Shown here piece after piece: positions 18,869-31,672 of a stretch of 64,000 bases of DNA (the first letter of the stretch is position 1; the number at the start of each line of letters is the position of its first letter). Under the pieces are notes generated by a model. The model did not search any database. It saw only the letters and a program-made list of their open reading frames with translations, and was not told the DNA's origin. This DNA comes from the human T2T-CHM13v2.0 reference genome, Homo sapiens: NCBI RefSeq assembly GCF_009914755.1, contig NC_060940.1; one strand, given 5' to 3'. The position numbers and the translations under genes are program-made.

Positions 18869-19359
18869 AAAATCAAAATATAGAAATAATAGTTGATTTC
18901 CCATGCAAAGCTATTATTAAAATTACCCTCTTAACAAAAAAATGAAAGATTAAATCAGAATGAAATAACACAAAAGAAATATAAAAATCAGAAAGGGAAA
19001 AATAATGGCATAGCTACTGAAGCAGAGAGGCTGCTGGTGAGGAGGGAGATTGCTCATTCCTTCATCTAAAGTGTAAGTAACTGGATACTGTGAGAAGTGA
19101 ATAAATCAAGCAAGAAAGGATTTTGTGTCTGTCTATATAATTTCAAATAATTTCATTAATAATTACAATTCATTATTAATTTTCATTAATATAAATGTAT
19201 TTATATATTTGATGTACATATAAATATTTATGAAGTTTGTATATTTATAATTGCTTACAATAATCAATATATTTAACTGTAATTTTTAAATGTAAAACCA
19301 GCACTTAACATGGTATTTATCAGTAACAGAAAGCAGGTGGTGGAGAGAGAAGGCAAATT

Positions 19360-19550
19360 AAGAATGAGTACTGACGTCTGCAGAGTGCTTACTATGTGCC
19401 AGGCACTGTTCCAAGAGGTCTACATATATTATTTCACTTAATGTTCTAACAACCCTAAAAGTTAAGCATGATTATTATTATTGCAACCATTTTACTGATA
19501 AGGTATTTGAGGCAGAGAAACTAAGTCCTTCCCCAGGTCCCATGAGTAGT
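19360..19550 (-). mobile_element. MIR
   Basis: gagtgcttactatgtgccaggcactg...cattttactgataagg...gaggcagaga. Confidence 0.8.
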
Positions 19551-19674
19551 GAAAGAAAAGTGCCTCTTGGCCACTATCTCTAACAGTGTTCCTCTCTCAG
19601 AGAGGGGAGTTTCTAAGAATGGTTTAGATATAGGATTTAGCTTCAGGGTGGCCAATACCGGAGGGAAAAACAAC

Positions 19675-20463
19675 TGTATTGGGATAAACAGTGTCCCTCA
19701 AAATGTTCACATCTACTCAAAACCTCAGAATGTGACCTTATATTGAAATACAATCTTTGCAGATATCATTAGTTAAGATGATGTCATACCAGATTATGGA
19801 AAACCCAGTGATGGCTGTTGATATGGTTTGGCTGTGTCCCCACCCAAATCTCATCCTGAATTGTAGTTCCCATAATCCCTATGTGTCGTGGGAGGGGACC
19901 CAGTAGGAAGTAATTAGATCATGGGGTGGGTTTTTCCTGCACCGTTCTCATAATAGTGAATAAGTCTCATGAGATCTGATGGTTTTATAAAGGTTAGTTT
20001 CCCTGCACACTCTCTCTTGCCTGCCACCATGTAAAACGTGCCTTTGCTCCTCCTTCGCCTTCTGCCATGATTGTGAGGCCTCCCCAGCCATGTGGAACTG
20101 TGAGTCCATTAAACCTCTTTTTCTTTATAAATTGCCCAGTCTCAGGTATTTCTACACAGCAGTATAAAAATGGACTAATACAGGTGTCCTTATAAGAAAA
20201 GGAAGAGACACAAAGAAACAAATGGGGAAGACCCATGGGACAACCGCGGCAGAGACCTAAGTGATGCAGCTACAGGCCAAGGGTCAGGGATTGCTGGGAG
20301 CCACCAGACTCTAGCAAGAGGTGAAGGGAAATTCTTCCCCAGAACAGTAAAGGCCATATGGCCCTGCAGACACCTAGCCTGCAAAACTGAAGAAATCATT
20401 TTCTACTGTTACATGTTACCCAGTTTGGGTAATCAGCTACCCCAGCTCTAGGAGACTGAAACA
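19675..20463 (+). mobile_element. MLT1C-like solo LTR interrupted by THE1
   Basis: aacctcagaatgtgaccttat...ctttgcagat...agttaagatga; resumes ggtgtccttataagaa after the THE1. Confidence 0.85.
19819..20182 (+). mobile_element. THE1 solo LTR, complete
   Basis: tgatatggtttggctgtgtccccacccaaatctc ... ggactaataca; 5-bp TSD gctgt/ggtgt. Confidence 0.95.
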
Positions 20464-21024
20464 ACAACCAACCCAAAACTTTAAATTGAAATGGTCCAAA
20501 TTAGAGGAAAAGAAAGAGAATGTTACCTTATGCTTCAACTCTCCTGTGTTCCTTTTTGTGGGGGGTGGACTCCAGGTGGCCCCAGGAACCCCACCTCTTA
20601 GTGTTCTCATATTGTCTGACACTCAAAAAGCAGAGGACTCAGTTAAGCTGCCCACAAATCCTTGACCCACAGAAGTTGATATAAAAACGTCAGGCTGTTT
20701 TAAGCCACTAAATTTATGATACTATTGCCATGTATCAATAGCTAACTAATATTCTCCTATAATTAAAAAGAGCAGTAGTAAGCATTTCAATTAGTAACGG
20801 TTTTCTGGAATTAAAAGTAAATTTAAGATGACAAATTATTGTGATGAACAAAGTCAGTTGGGAACAAGTCCCTCATTAAACAAATAAGGAAACTAAGGCA
20901 CAGAGAAGTTAGGCACATGGGCAGTTACACACAAGTAATTAAGAACTGAAATGTCACTGAGGCACACACATCCCCACTGACCTACCATTTTCTACTTCAT
21001 TGCTGCCTGCAGAATGACAACACC

Positions 21025-21210
21025 CTCTCTCTCTCTCTCTACATATATATAAATATATATAAATATATAAATATATATGAATATATATAAAATATATAAA
21101 TATATAAAGATATATAAATATATATAAAGACATATACATAAATATATATAAAGATATATACATAAATATATATATAAAGATATATATAAATAAATATATA
21201 CATATATAAA
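21025..21210. repeat. (CT)n followed by interrupted (TA)n microsatellite
   Basis: About 170 bp of nearly pure A/T with atatataaa/atatataaag units. Confidence 0.95.
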
Positions 21211-23269
21211 AGGAGGAGGAGGAAGAAGAAAAGTAGCCAAAAGCAATATAATTGCTCAAATCGAAGGCAAAGATCCAGTTTTGTCTCAGATTATATTCAT
21301 GGTAACCACTGTTCCCAACATTTCCCCCCAGTTTCTGGGAGGGTAGATGTGTTAAACAGGCACTTATTAGACAGTTTTTTTGACAGCTGCTGCATTTGCA
21401 ATTACTGTAATATAATTTTTTTTCTTCTGAATAGCTGCAGATTTTGTTTTTGTCTGAGCTGAGGTGGAAAATTGAGAAATAGCGGATTCAAAAATAATTG
21501 ACTTTATTAGGAATATGAATGTATTATGCCCACCATATATTAAAAACTCATTGCTTTTATATTGGCCTGGAACACCGTACAATACTTTTATGGTTCCCTA
21601 GTCTCCCCGTTCCCCCTACTTTACTGTTCCCATCAGCTTTATGTTCCTCATTCCCTGTCACATGGAAAAAATAAATGGTTAAAAATCTAAGTGCTCATCA
21701 GACACAAACCAGAGTTCATAAATGAAAGTGGGCATCCTTGGGTAATTTAAGATATTGCTGTGAGCTGGTGTTGCCAAAAACGATGCACTTATTGAACCAT
21801 AAACAAAAGCAATTAAGATGAGATGTTGATTACTGTGAAGGGAAGTTCCCCAGTAGTATAGAAACCACAGGCCACAGAGGGGGGTCTCATTTGCATAAGC
21901 ATCTCTGGAATCGTGGGATATCCAGGAAGGTCTGTGGAGGCTCATCTGCTAAAGGATCCTTAGGATTTCCTGGGAGAAATCCTGAGAAGCCTCCCTGGAA
22001 CATTCTGCACAGGGAATCACAACTACTAGGCAAAGAGAGGAGACAACGGCTATTTCTTTGTGGCACAGCCAGGAAGTAAGGCAAGTCCCTCTGAGGTACA
22101 TGAAAGGCAGAAAGACACACGCAAACTGCAGTTGGAATGTAATGCTGTTGAAAGCTACCTGGTAAAGCATTGCCCATGCCCAATGACAAAGAACTCACTG
22201 GAGAAGGTCTAGCTTCAGAGAAAGACGAGGAGACCTTCTGGAGCCATTCTTAATGGCTGGACCCTCCAGGCTTGGCCAAAAGGCAACTGTGCTAGCAAGA
22301 TCCCAGGAACAGAAGTCTGGATCAACAGCCGATAGAGCACTGGTGATGATGCCTGACTACAGAAGTTGCAAGAACTACAGAAGTGAAAAGACATCTGAGT
22401 TGTTACAAAGGAATAAAGGAAAGGATGCAGTGACTTTTTTAAACCTGAAAACAAAACTGGGCAACAGGTCAGGGCAAATACCATAGCAACAACCAACTTC
22501 CCACCCCACCCAGCCCTAGGTTTTCCACCACCCCCACAGCTGGAGCAGCTGCACAATTGATGATCAGAGTGGAAATCTGTGAACACACTCGGTCTCTAAG
22601 ATTCCCTTTCTGGGGCGGAAAGGCAATCCTGATTATGGAGAATCATGCCTAAAAATCCTCAAGAGCCAGGCACACTGTAGGTGCACAGCAATTTTTTACG
22701 GAAGGGAAAAACAGAAAACAAGGAATGGCTGGATGCACCGATGGAGTGAATGAGTGTGTGCATCACTGAGACTGAAGTTAAGCTGGGACTGACATTTAGA
22801 GCCGCCTGGAGGGGGCAGAGAGGGTGGAAAGAGCACACCAGGGCAAAGCGCCCTGAGACATGTCTTAAGCATTGAGCAGGAACAAGACAGGCAGGAGAAG
22901 AAAAATGAGCGTCCAGCCAGATAGATGATGTTGGGTCAACTCAATCCTTCCCCGTCTGTCTGGAGTAACTCTGCAGGCACACATTACAGCATGCCGATCA
23001 GCCAAAGGGAGCAGTGATTGGCATCTCTGAGCCAGCACCTGTGAGCAGACTGACATTCAGGGAGACAGGTCCAAATGCCACCGGTCAAAGGCCAGAGAAC
23101 CTTGCAGCCTGACTGGGGCCACTCAGACAGGTGCGATGACAGCCGATCCCATGCAATCACCCTGAGTAGTGGTTTGAATTTCACTGAGTGGCCAGTTCAC
23201 TTAACCAGGAGGTATATCTGTGTTCCTCTAGATTTAAAAGGTGTGGAAACCCAGAGAAAGCAAACTAAT

Positions 23270-23470
23270 GTTTAAAGACCACCTACTTTGTGCCAGGCTC
23301 TCTGCTAACAGCATAATGCTATCCCTTTGAAAAGTCGGTAAAATTCTAAGTAGGGGTTTTTTAGCCCTATTTTATAGATAGAGAACCTTGGGCTCTGATG
23401 AATTAAATGGTCTTTAAACATTCACACAGGCCATGAGATAGAACCAAGATCAAATCTTCATTTCCTGATC
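23270..23470 (-). mobile_element. MIR
   Basis: cacctactttgtgccaggc...ctattttatagatagagaacc. Confidence 0.7.
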
Positions 23471-24629
23471 CACGGAAGTCTTGTTCTTTCTTCCACTCTG
23501 ACATTGACAATGAGACATACAGAGATATATGCAAGGTAGGATATTTTTCAAGACAAACAGACAGAGTTGGAAGAATTTTAAGTGTTTCCTTGACTACTGT
23601 TGTTGCTATTCTGCAACTGAAAGAGAAAGAATCCATGGGGCAGATGGAAAAATAAGGTGGCATGCAGGGGTAGCCAGAAGAGATAGAAGAAGTGTCATTT
23701 CTGGTGTGGAGCTTGTACTTCATCCAGAATTCCATGATAGAGATGATGAGGTTGGTTATGAGATGGAGGCTGAGGCTTAAGTCATTGTTTCTGACAAAAC
23801 TAGGGTCCCAGGGCAGACTCCAAAAGATCACCAGGAAGGTTAAAATAGGTTATATACAGAGAAAACTCTGATACCCTGTGCCAGCCTTGAAAGGGACTCA
23901 GTCACTGAATGATGACCACTGCTCTCATCCCTGTGGATACAAAAGCCCATGAGAGGAAGAACTACATTGCCAAGGTCACAAGACAAAGCTCTCTTTAGGG
24001 AGACATAGCTTCTGAGACCATGTTTATAGGATTCTGTGATTTAATTCATTTATTCAATAAACATCTATAGGAGTAGCTCCCTTGGAATGAACTATTGTAG
24101 GTTCTAGGAATAGATCAGTGAACAAAATGGATAATAAAATCTCTGATCTCCTTGGGCTCCTATTCTAGGGCCATGTATTCTGTTTACCTCCAGTATTACC
24201 ATGTTTCTTCTCCAGGTTTGTATCAGAATAGTCCTGTTGCCTTCCTCCACAAAGAAGTGAGCAGTGAAGATGTAGGGTGGGGTTTTTACACAGAGGACAC
24301 CTTAGATTTGAATCCTGGATTTGTCACAACCTAACTAAGACATCCTCAAAAATAACAAGTTGCAAGGGTATTTCTTATAATATTGGGGAAAATAATATTT
24401 TCCTTGAAGGGTGTTAGAAGAGTTCATTTACATATGCTAAGTCATTTAGGCTACTACATAAACACCGAAAATACAAATATCTCTTTAGTGCTGATCTCTC
24501 TCTCTCTCTCCCCAAGCCTGAGTTCTGTATCAGATAGTAAATCATGTATTCCAGCTTCCAGTCCTAACTCTGTTCCCATAGCAGCTTCTGCACACTGAGG
24601 GAATATGCATTGTTTGTAAATGCAACTTA

Positions 24630-25215
24630 TGTTCTACAATCATAGAACAGAGGAAACCCCAAATCATTAATGGCAAGGGGAGGGAGAGGAAGGAAGGAGA
24701 GGCAGGGAGACCAAAATGAGGCATTTCTCTGGTACGAGGCAATGAGCCTCTTCACCAGGACTGTGATCCAGTAGACCAGGAGGAAATGTTTTCAAAAGAT
24801 TTTTAGGAAGTCTTTATCTATAGGTCATGCCTACTGATGAGATGTTAGGGCTGAGAGAAAGGGCAGCATCTAGCATTGTCCAGTTTCTGATGTGAGCTAC
24901 TGAATGGGGAATAGTGCTAAAGACTCAGTGGGAACAAGGAAGTGCTCTGGATATGTTAAAATTGACGTGCCCAGCGGGTATGCAGGAGGTGATGACAACT
25001 AGGGGTTAAAAAGAAGACCCTGGACTTTGTAGGAGAAGCCTGGGCAGGAGGTCAAGATATGGGGGTTCACTGGCATGTAGGTGGTACTTGTTACCAGGAG
25101 AGCAAATGAGATGATTGGGGGAGGGTTAGTAGAGTGTGAGAAGGGAGTTGAGTAAGAAGACCAGGGATAATGCTGTTTAAAATTGGCCAAGGATGTGAAG
25201 TCAATGAAGTGACTA
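24630..25215 (-). mobile_element. L2 fragment
   Basis: Purine-rich with tggatatgttaaaattgacgtgcc...ggaggtgatg...agatatgggggttcactggcatgtaggtggta. Confidence 0.6.
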
Positions 25216-25659
25216 TGAAGAGGCACACAGAGCTGGAGACTGAGAAACTACAACTGAACTTGTCACCCACTGTGATGGGGGGTAAAGACACAGCAATCCT
25301 GCCAAGTTCAACCCCCCTGACCCCGCCACCACCAGCTCACAGCAGCAGGTAGGATGGGCTTGCCAATAGGTCCCTGGGACACACCTTTCTTCAAGGAGTG
25401 CAGAGGGAGGGCTCTGAGAATAACACAAACAGCCATAAGTTTGCCCAAAGAAATGTCACATTGAAAGAGCCCCAGCCCCAGAAAGGTATGGTGTTGGGGC
25501 AATGACTGAAATTGTAGCTGAGATGGGAAGCTCTAGAGATGAAGAACATTCATTTGGTTTCCTAGGACTTTCTGAATGATTCATTCTTCTTCTCCTCTGT
25601 GAGGTAGAAATGCAATAGAAAGAAATCTACGGTTATAAATTTTCTCGGTTCCTTCTTAC

Positions 25660-25816
25660 CGAGTCAGGCAAGATTGATGGACTAAGCTGGTTGACACAGA
25701 AGCAATTGGGAATATCGTTATTTGCCTTGTATTTATCTGCATTTATGTTAATGGCTTTGTTCTTGATCAGAGCAGCCAGGAAACTAGGGGAAATGTTTAT
25801 TGCACTCAAAGTTTTC
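25660..25816 (-). other. Weak candidate exon in unique DNA
   Basis: Donor TCG|gtaaga; acceptor catcacag|G (25816) or alternatively catttcccctag|T (25783). Confidence 0.2.
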
Positions 25817-26315
25817 CTGTGATGAATTATGTGGGAGTCGTAGAATAGCCAATGCACATACGTGTTGAAAATATTTCCCTCATTTTTTTTCTGCTTCTGA
25901 TCCCAACAGCACAGACCTCCTGCATACTTTAGACCAAACCGACTCAATTTTTTATATTCTGCTTTGTCATCTGATTGATTTAATGCTTCTTGTGGTCAGA
26001 TTTTGCAGAGAAAAGGATACCCATACAATTTCTCTCTCTGGCATGCTCTTGTTTGCTTGCTCCTTTTTCAAAGGGTAATTTCATAAAATCACAGGACCAG
26101 GAGGGACCTTTGTCCACATTTCTTCCCAACTCCTCACTGTACAGAAGCACTTGGGAAAAAAAGGATGAGAAGGAAAGAAGTCACTTTTTAAAAATCTTTT
26201 AGAGGTCAGGCTGTGTGCTCAGATGTTTTACTTGTATTAACCTATTTAATCTTTATGAAACTCTATTATCCCCATGTTGAAGATGAATAAATTGAAGCTT
26301 GGAGAAAGTCAGACA

Positions 26316-26536
26316 CAGGCTGGCAAACCACTCTATGTAGTCCAAATCAAGCTCAGCTTCTGATTTTGTAAATAAAGTTTTCTTGGAACACAACCAAACT
26401 CACTCGTTTACGTATTGTTTATGGCTGCTTTCAAGTCACAATGGCAAATTTGAGTGGCCACAGCCAAAATCATGTGGCACACAAAGCCAAAAATGTTTAC
26501 TATTTGGTCCTTTATAGAAGTAGTTTACTGACCCCT
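26316..26536 (+). mobile_element. MER58A (hAT-Charlie)
   Basis: tttgtaaataaagttttcttggaacac...tatggctgcttt...aaagccaaaaatgtttactatttggtccttta...ctgacccct. Confidence 0.9.
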
Positions 26537-27839
26537 CTTTTAGGAAAATTGTCGTGGTCACAGACAGCATATCACCTGCGTGTTGTAAGACCTTGTTCTG
26601 TCTCACTCCAAACATCTGTTCTTTCCTACCACAGTACTGCTACACCCATTCACAGTGTCCACCACATACAGGAAGAATTCGCTCAGGTGGCCTCTCGTGC
26701 ATTTTCATCTCAAAAATGCACCTTCTTGAAAACCTGTAAGGCTTTCTGCAGGCAATTATAGGCAGCAGCAAGGGTATGTGTGCTGTGAGGCATTTGAGGA
26801 ACAGGTCTTCCCTTACCCTTCATGCCACAGTGGGTTCCATTTTCTGTTTTGCAAAAAGGAGACCAAAATGGAGATTAGTTTAAGTAGAACCTTTCTTCCT
26901 TTAGGGGACGGTTTCCTGGAAGAGGTAGATTTTGATGTAAGTTCTTCATGTCACAGGTCATGCAAATTTCTCTAAAAGATTCTGAGGGAAATGGGAAAGG
27001 GTGAAAAATGCTTTTGAAGACTGTAAACCATTCCAAATGGTGATGCTGAGGAAGGCGAGTGAAGGTGGTAATGCCAGAAGCAGCCATTTGCTGAACGTGT
27101 CATGGGATTTACATAACATTCAAGTTTACATAAAGTTTCTCCAATCAGCACCACCCTTGAAAAGGTAGGTAATTTTGTGACAGGAGGAAAGAGAGACCCA
27201 GAAATGTGAAGAGACTTACCCAAGATTCCACATTTAGTAAATAATGCAGATAGGACTTGAATCCCAGTATGCATGCAAAGCCCACTCTTTCCCCATGTGC
27301 CACTTCTTAAATGAAGCCAGCAGACTGAAGAGGTCACTTTAAGAACTGGCTCCAAGGATTGTATTCAAGCTTTCTCAGGGTTAGCTTTTCTTAGAAGTGA
27401 AGTAAATATGAGTTAACGGAAGCCAACCAAAGGCAGATATTTGTGGGCTTCATTGGAGTTGGAAGTCTGAAGATGGGAGAGAAGGGGGCATGGTCTATGA
27501 GGGTGTTGAGGGGAGAGCTGAAGGGAAACTAAAATAAAGAAACAAAACTTTCAGTGGAGGTTCCCTGGACTGGGAGACCTGTGGGTATCAGTCAGAGATA
27601 GGAGACCCACAAAAGACCAAATGTGCAAAACAAAATGTTAAAAGCAAATAAGAAGGTGGAAGAGATGCCCATCCATGGAGGCCAAGTCTATAAGGCATCT
27701 GAAGTGTGATGTCTGACCCTGGGAATCTGATCTGAGGTGAGATCTTTACACAATTAGAGGGTCTGTTTAATCAGAGAATTGCAGAACATCAGGTGCAGAG
27801 GGGATTTATGGGACATTTGGTCCGATCCTCATCTAATCC

Positions 27840-28315
27840 TGATGGTGCAGGACGGGTGAGCCCCAAAGTGGGGCTCAGCCTGTGAGTGTTCTTGGCTTCA
27901 CCCAGGAAGGACTTCAAGGGTGAGCTGGTGGTAGGGTAAAAGAAAACATCTTTATTGAAGGGGCAGTGTTAGAACTTTGGCAGTGCTTTGCAGAACTTTG
28001 CAGAGCAGGGATACCCCCTAGGCCGTGCTCAGGGCACTTTTGCAGTCATGTTTATACCTATGCTTAACTGTATGTAGATTACAAGGTGGGGGTGGTTTAT
28101 GCAGAAATTTCTAGGGAAGGGGTAGTAACTTTTGTGTTATTGGGTCATTGCCATGGAAAGGGGCAATAACTCCTGGGTGTTCACCATTGCCATGGCACAC
28201 TGTCGGGCATGTCTTATAGAAAGCTGCTTTTGCCCCATCCCTGTTTTAGCTAGTCCTCAATTTGGTCTGGTGTCTGAGCCCACCTTCAGAGTTGAGTCCG
28301 ACCTCCTCTACCTCA
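27840..28315 (-). mobile_element. MER66-family ERV1 solo LTR
   Basis: Reverse complement begins tgaggtagaggaggtcggactcaactc...gacaccagaccaaattgaggactagctaaaacaggg. Confidence 0.8.
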
Positions 28316-28394
28316 CTGACACTCCATGATGGCCACCACTGAGGATGCACAGGCCCCACAGATGCCACTTGATCACCTTTAGAGACCAGGAATC

Positions 28395-28715
<321 letters not shown>

Positions 28716-29921
28716 CTACAGCACCGGGCAGCTCCAACTCAAACAGGTGATTTCCCTGTGACTTATATCAATCAATTCCAATTCTGCCTGCAGGATGGTA
28801 GATAGGACAAACCTAACTACTGCTTTTCTACATACAATTTATTAAAATATGCAGACAGCTAGCATATACCCTCAGGACCATCCTTTCCAAGTTAAACACA
28901 AAAATCACCACTAACAGATGACTTCCGTGCATGATCAGCCCACTAGGAGCATTATATGCTATCTCATATCCTTAAGAGGTTTTCATTACTACCTGCACTT
29001 TATAGAAGAGAAAACTGAGGCTCAGAGAATGTAAGTAACTTCCCCATGCTTCACTTGTAAAAGAGATGGATTTCCAACACAGATCATTCTTTGAATCCCC
29101 TGTGGTTTCTGACACCAAGATTTTGAGCTCCCTCACCATTAGGGTAACTTTAGACTTAAAAAAAAAAAGCTGAAAAGAGTAAGTGGGCATGCTTTATTTT
29201 TTTCATTAAATTGACATGGAGGAGAAAAAGTAAATTATAAGTACAGTTGAGTCAGAGCTGTATAAGAAAAACAATTCACTAGTTGAAAAATGACTTCCTG
29301 TAAAATACCTTTTTAGGTTGTTTTTGATGTTTACAATAAAAATCAGTGTTATGTGTCCCTGTAAATCCAGAGGAGAAATTCACCCAGTTTCCCAGGAATC
29401 ATCAATAAAATCATATTTCCTTATATTTATCAAACAATGGGAATATATATTTGATAATTAGGTAAACTTCCTCTGTCATTTTAAAATCAATAGCATCTTT
29501 AAAATGTACTTTCATAATAATCTCTTCTAATAAAAAGTGTCAGAAGAGGCAGTTTCATGGACTATAAATTTATAGACAATGAGGTTAAGCAAGGTGGATA
29601 CGTTTTCAAAAATGGTTATGAGTTCTCAAGCCTCCAAGGTTGAAAGACAGAAATCAACTATAAAATTTTGGTTTTTAAATGGCACCATAAAGGCCAATGC
29701 CAGTTACAATTTCCAGCCTTTTTTCCTTCAATTCTTATACCCAACACCATTTCTAATTAGGAAACTGGCCTTCTGTGAGCACCTTAACGAAGCTGTAACT
29801 CCTGCAAATTCTTCTGTCTGGAACATCTTCCATGTGTTACAGATGAAACCATCCACAGCCATATCAGCTGAAAGTTTGACTTCCAAAGACCCAGGGCATC
29901 CACTGCCTGACAAGCACTTAC

Positions 29922-30041
29922 TTTCTGAATATTTTAAAGACAAGGGGATTAAACACTTCAAAAATAACAGATTCTTCTTTGCATGAAAATATAATATGTT
30001 TCCATCTTGATGTAAAAGAATAGCTTGTTATCACGGTACAT
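29922..30041 (-). other. Candidate 120-nt exon in unique DNA
   Basis: Acceptor tttgtttttttcttcag|ATG; donor AAA|gtaagt. Confidence 0.3.
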
Positions 30042-30883
30042 CTGAAGAAAAAAACAAATTACACATGATGCAAAAGTTTTCTTAGCTAATTAATTCAATT
30101 CTGAAGATAAAATTGAGACAGTACAGAATTACAAGCAGATTCCTAATAAGATGTGAAATCTAGCAATTTCAACTAAGGTACCAGAACATCTATTTCCAGG
30201 AGACGAAGTTTCTCGTGGCCGCTTAGGTTGGTCATTCCAGACCAAGATTTGCAAAAAGCACTAATATACTGATTAGTGATTTGTCCCATCACTCCTGCAA
30301 CGTAGAAATTTCAGGATCAAAATTTAGACTAAATTGGTGGAAACTCTCATTACTTTGTACAAATTAAAATACCACCCAGGAGAATGGAATTCACCTATAA
30401 TAGTGATATAAAGATGCATTATAAAACCTACATCAGTTACACAATAAATCAGTCTTTGAATTTTTAAATTTGTGGAAAGGACATGGGTTTGAAGTCATAC
30501 ATATCTGGATTTCGATAATTAATCTACCAGCTATTTGCTATGTGAGAGAACAAAACATCATTAAAAATCCCTAATACGTACTCAATTTTTTTATCTGTAA
30601 AGTGGAATTAAAAATATCTACCTCAGGGTTTTGTCACTGTTGTTTAAGAATTAGAACCAAAAGTGTATTGGTGTTTAAGAAAAAAACATATATTATAACC
30701 CTCAACTGCCTTTTATACATGTTTGCTAATAAAAAGAAGAATCCTTTTGTTTTGTCGTGAAACCAAGATCTTTTGAACATCGCAAAAATCTTGAGGAAGT
30801 CTTTGGACTGTGAGAAGACATCGGTAGAGGAGGTGATTAAGATTGTTTCATCCAGAATTCCAGCATCTAGAAAGATTCTAGAT

Positions 30884-31227
30884 CAGGGGTTCCCAACTCC
30901 TGGGCCGCGGACCAGTCCATGGCCTGTTAGGTATCAGGCCCAACAGCAGGGGGTGAGCATAGGGCAAGCCAGCATTACTGCCTGAGCTCTGCTGCCTCTC
31001 ACATCAGCAGCGGCATTAGATTCTCACAGGAGTGGGAACACTATTGTGAACTGAGTACGCAAGGGATCTAGGTTGTACACTCCTTATGAGAATCTGACTC
31101 ATGTCTCATGATCTGAGGTGGAACAGTTTCATCCCAAAACCATCCCCCACACCCCGCCTGCCCATCCATGGAAAAACTGTCTTTCCACGAAACCTCTCCC
31201 TGATGCCAAAAAGGCTGGTGACCTCTG
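30884..31227 (+). mobile_element. MER1B (hAT-Charlie)
   Basis: caggggttcccaac...gcagcggcattagattctc...ggtgacctctg; 8-bp TSD ttctagat/ctctagat (NTCTAGAN target). Confidence 0.93.
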
Positions 31228-31374
31228 CTCTAGATGACACGGTAAATAAACTATCTCAGAGCCTGGTATACAGTAGATGCTCAAGAAACTCTTTCTTTCT
31301 TCTCTGGAAGCATTGTTTCTGTGCTAGAATATCTTTGTTTTTGAGAAGTACCACCAAGTTTTCTATTTTCTTTT

Positions 31375-31672
31375 TCAAGTTTTTTTAACTTTTATTTTAG
31401 GTTCAGGGATTCATGTATAAGTTTGTTATATAGGTAAATTACATGTCACAGGGGTTTGGTGTACAGATTATTTCATCACCCAGGTATTAAACATAGTACT
31501 CAGCTGCCACTCTCCCTCCACCCTCAAGTGGGTCCTGGTGTCTGTTGTTTCCTTCCTGGTGTCCATGTGTACTCAACATTTGGCTCCCACTTATAAGTGA
31601 GAACATGCAGTATTTAGTTTTCTATTCCTGAGTTAGTTCACTTAGGAAAATGGTCTCTAGCTCCATCCATGA
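31375..31672 (-). mobile_element. Older L1PA/L1PB 3' end
   Basis: gtacagattatttcatcacccagg...gctcccacttataagtgagaacatgcagtattt. Confidence 0.9.

Noticed and set aside
20954-21259. Y/I-rich hydrophobic ORFs
   Set aside because: (TA)n microsatellite translation.
22203-22258. Short inverted repeats agaaggtct/agaccttct and agccat/atggct
   Set aside because: Stems of 6-9 bp are expected by chance in 64 kb; no pre-miRNA-length hairpin.
29579-29986. 135-aa plus-strand ORF, with 23403-23831, 48397-48804 and 56602-57009 similar
   Set aside because: No recognisable domain or gene structure; lengths are within chance range across six frames, and some overlap repeats.
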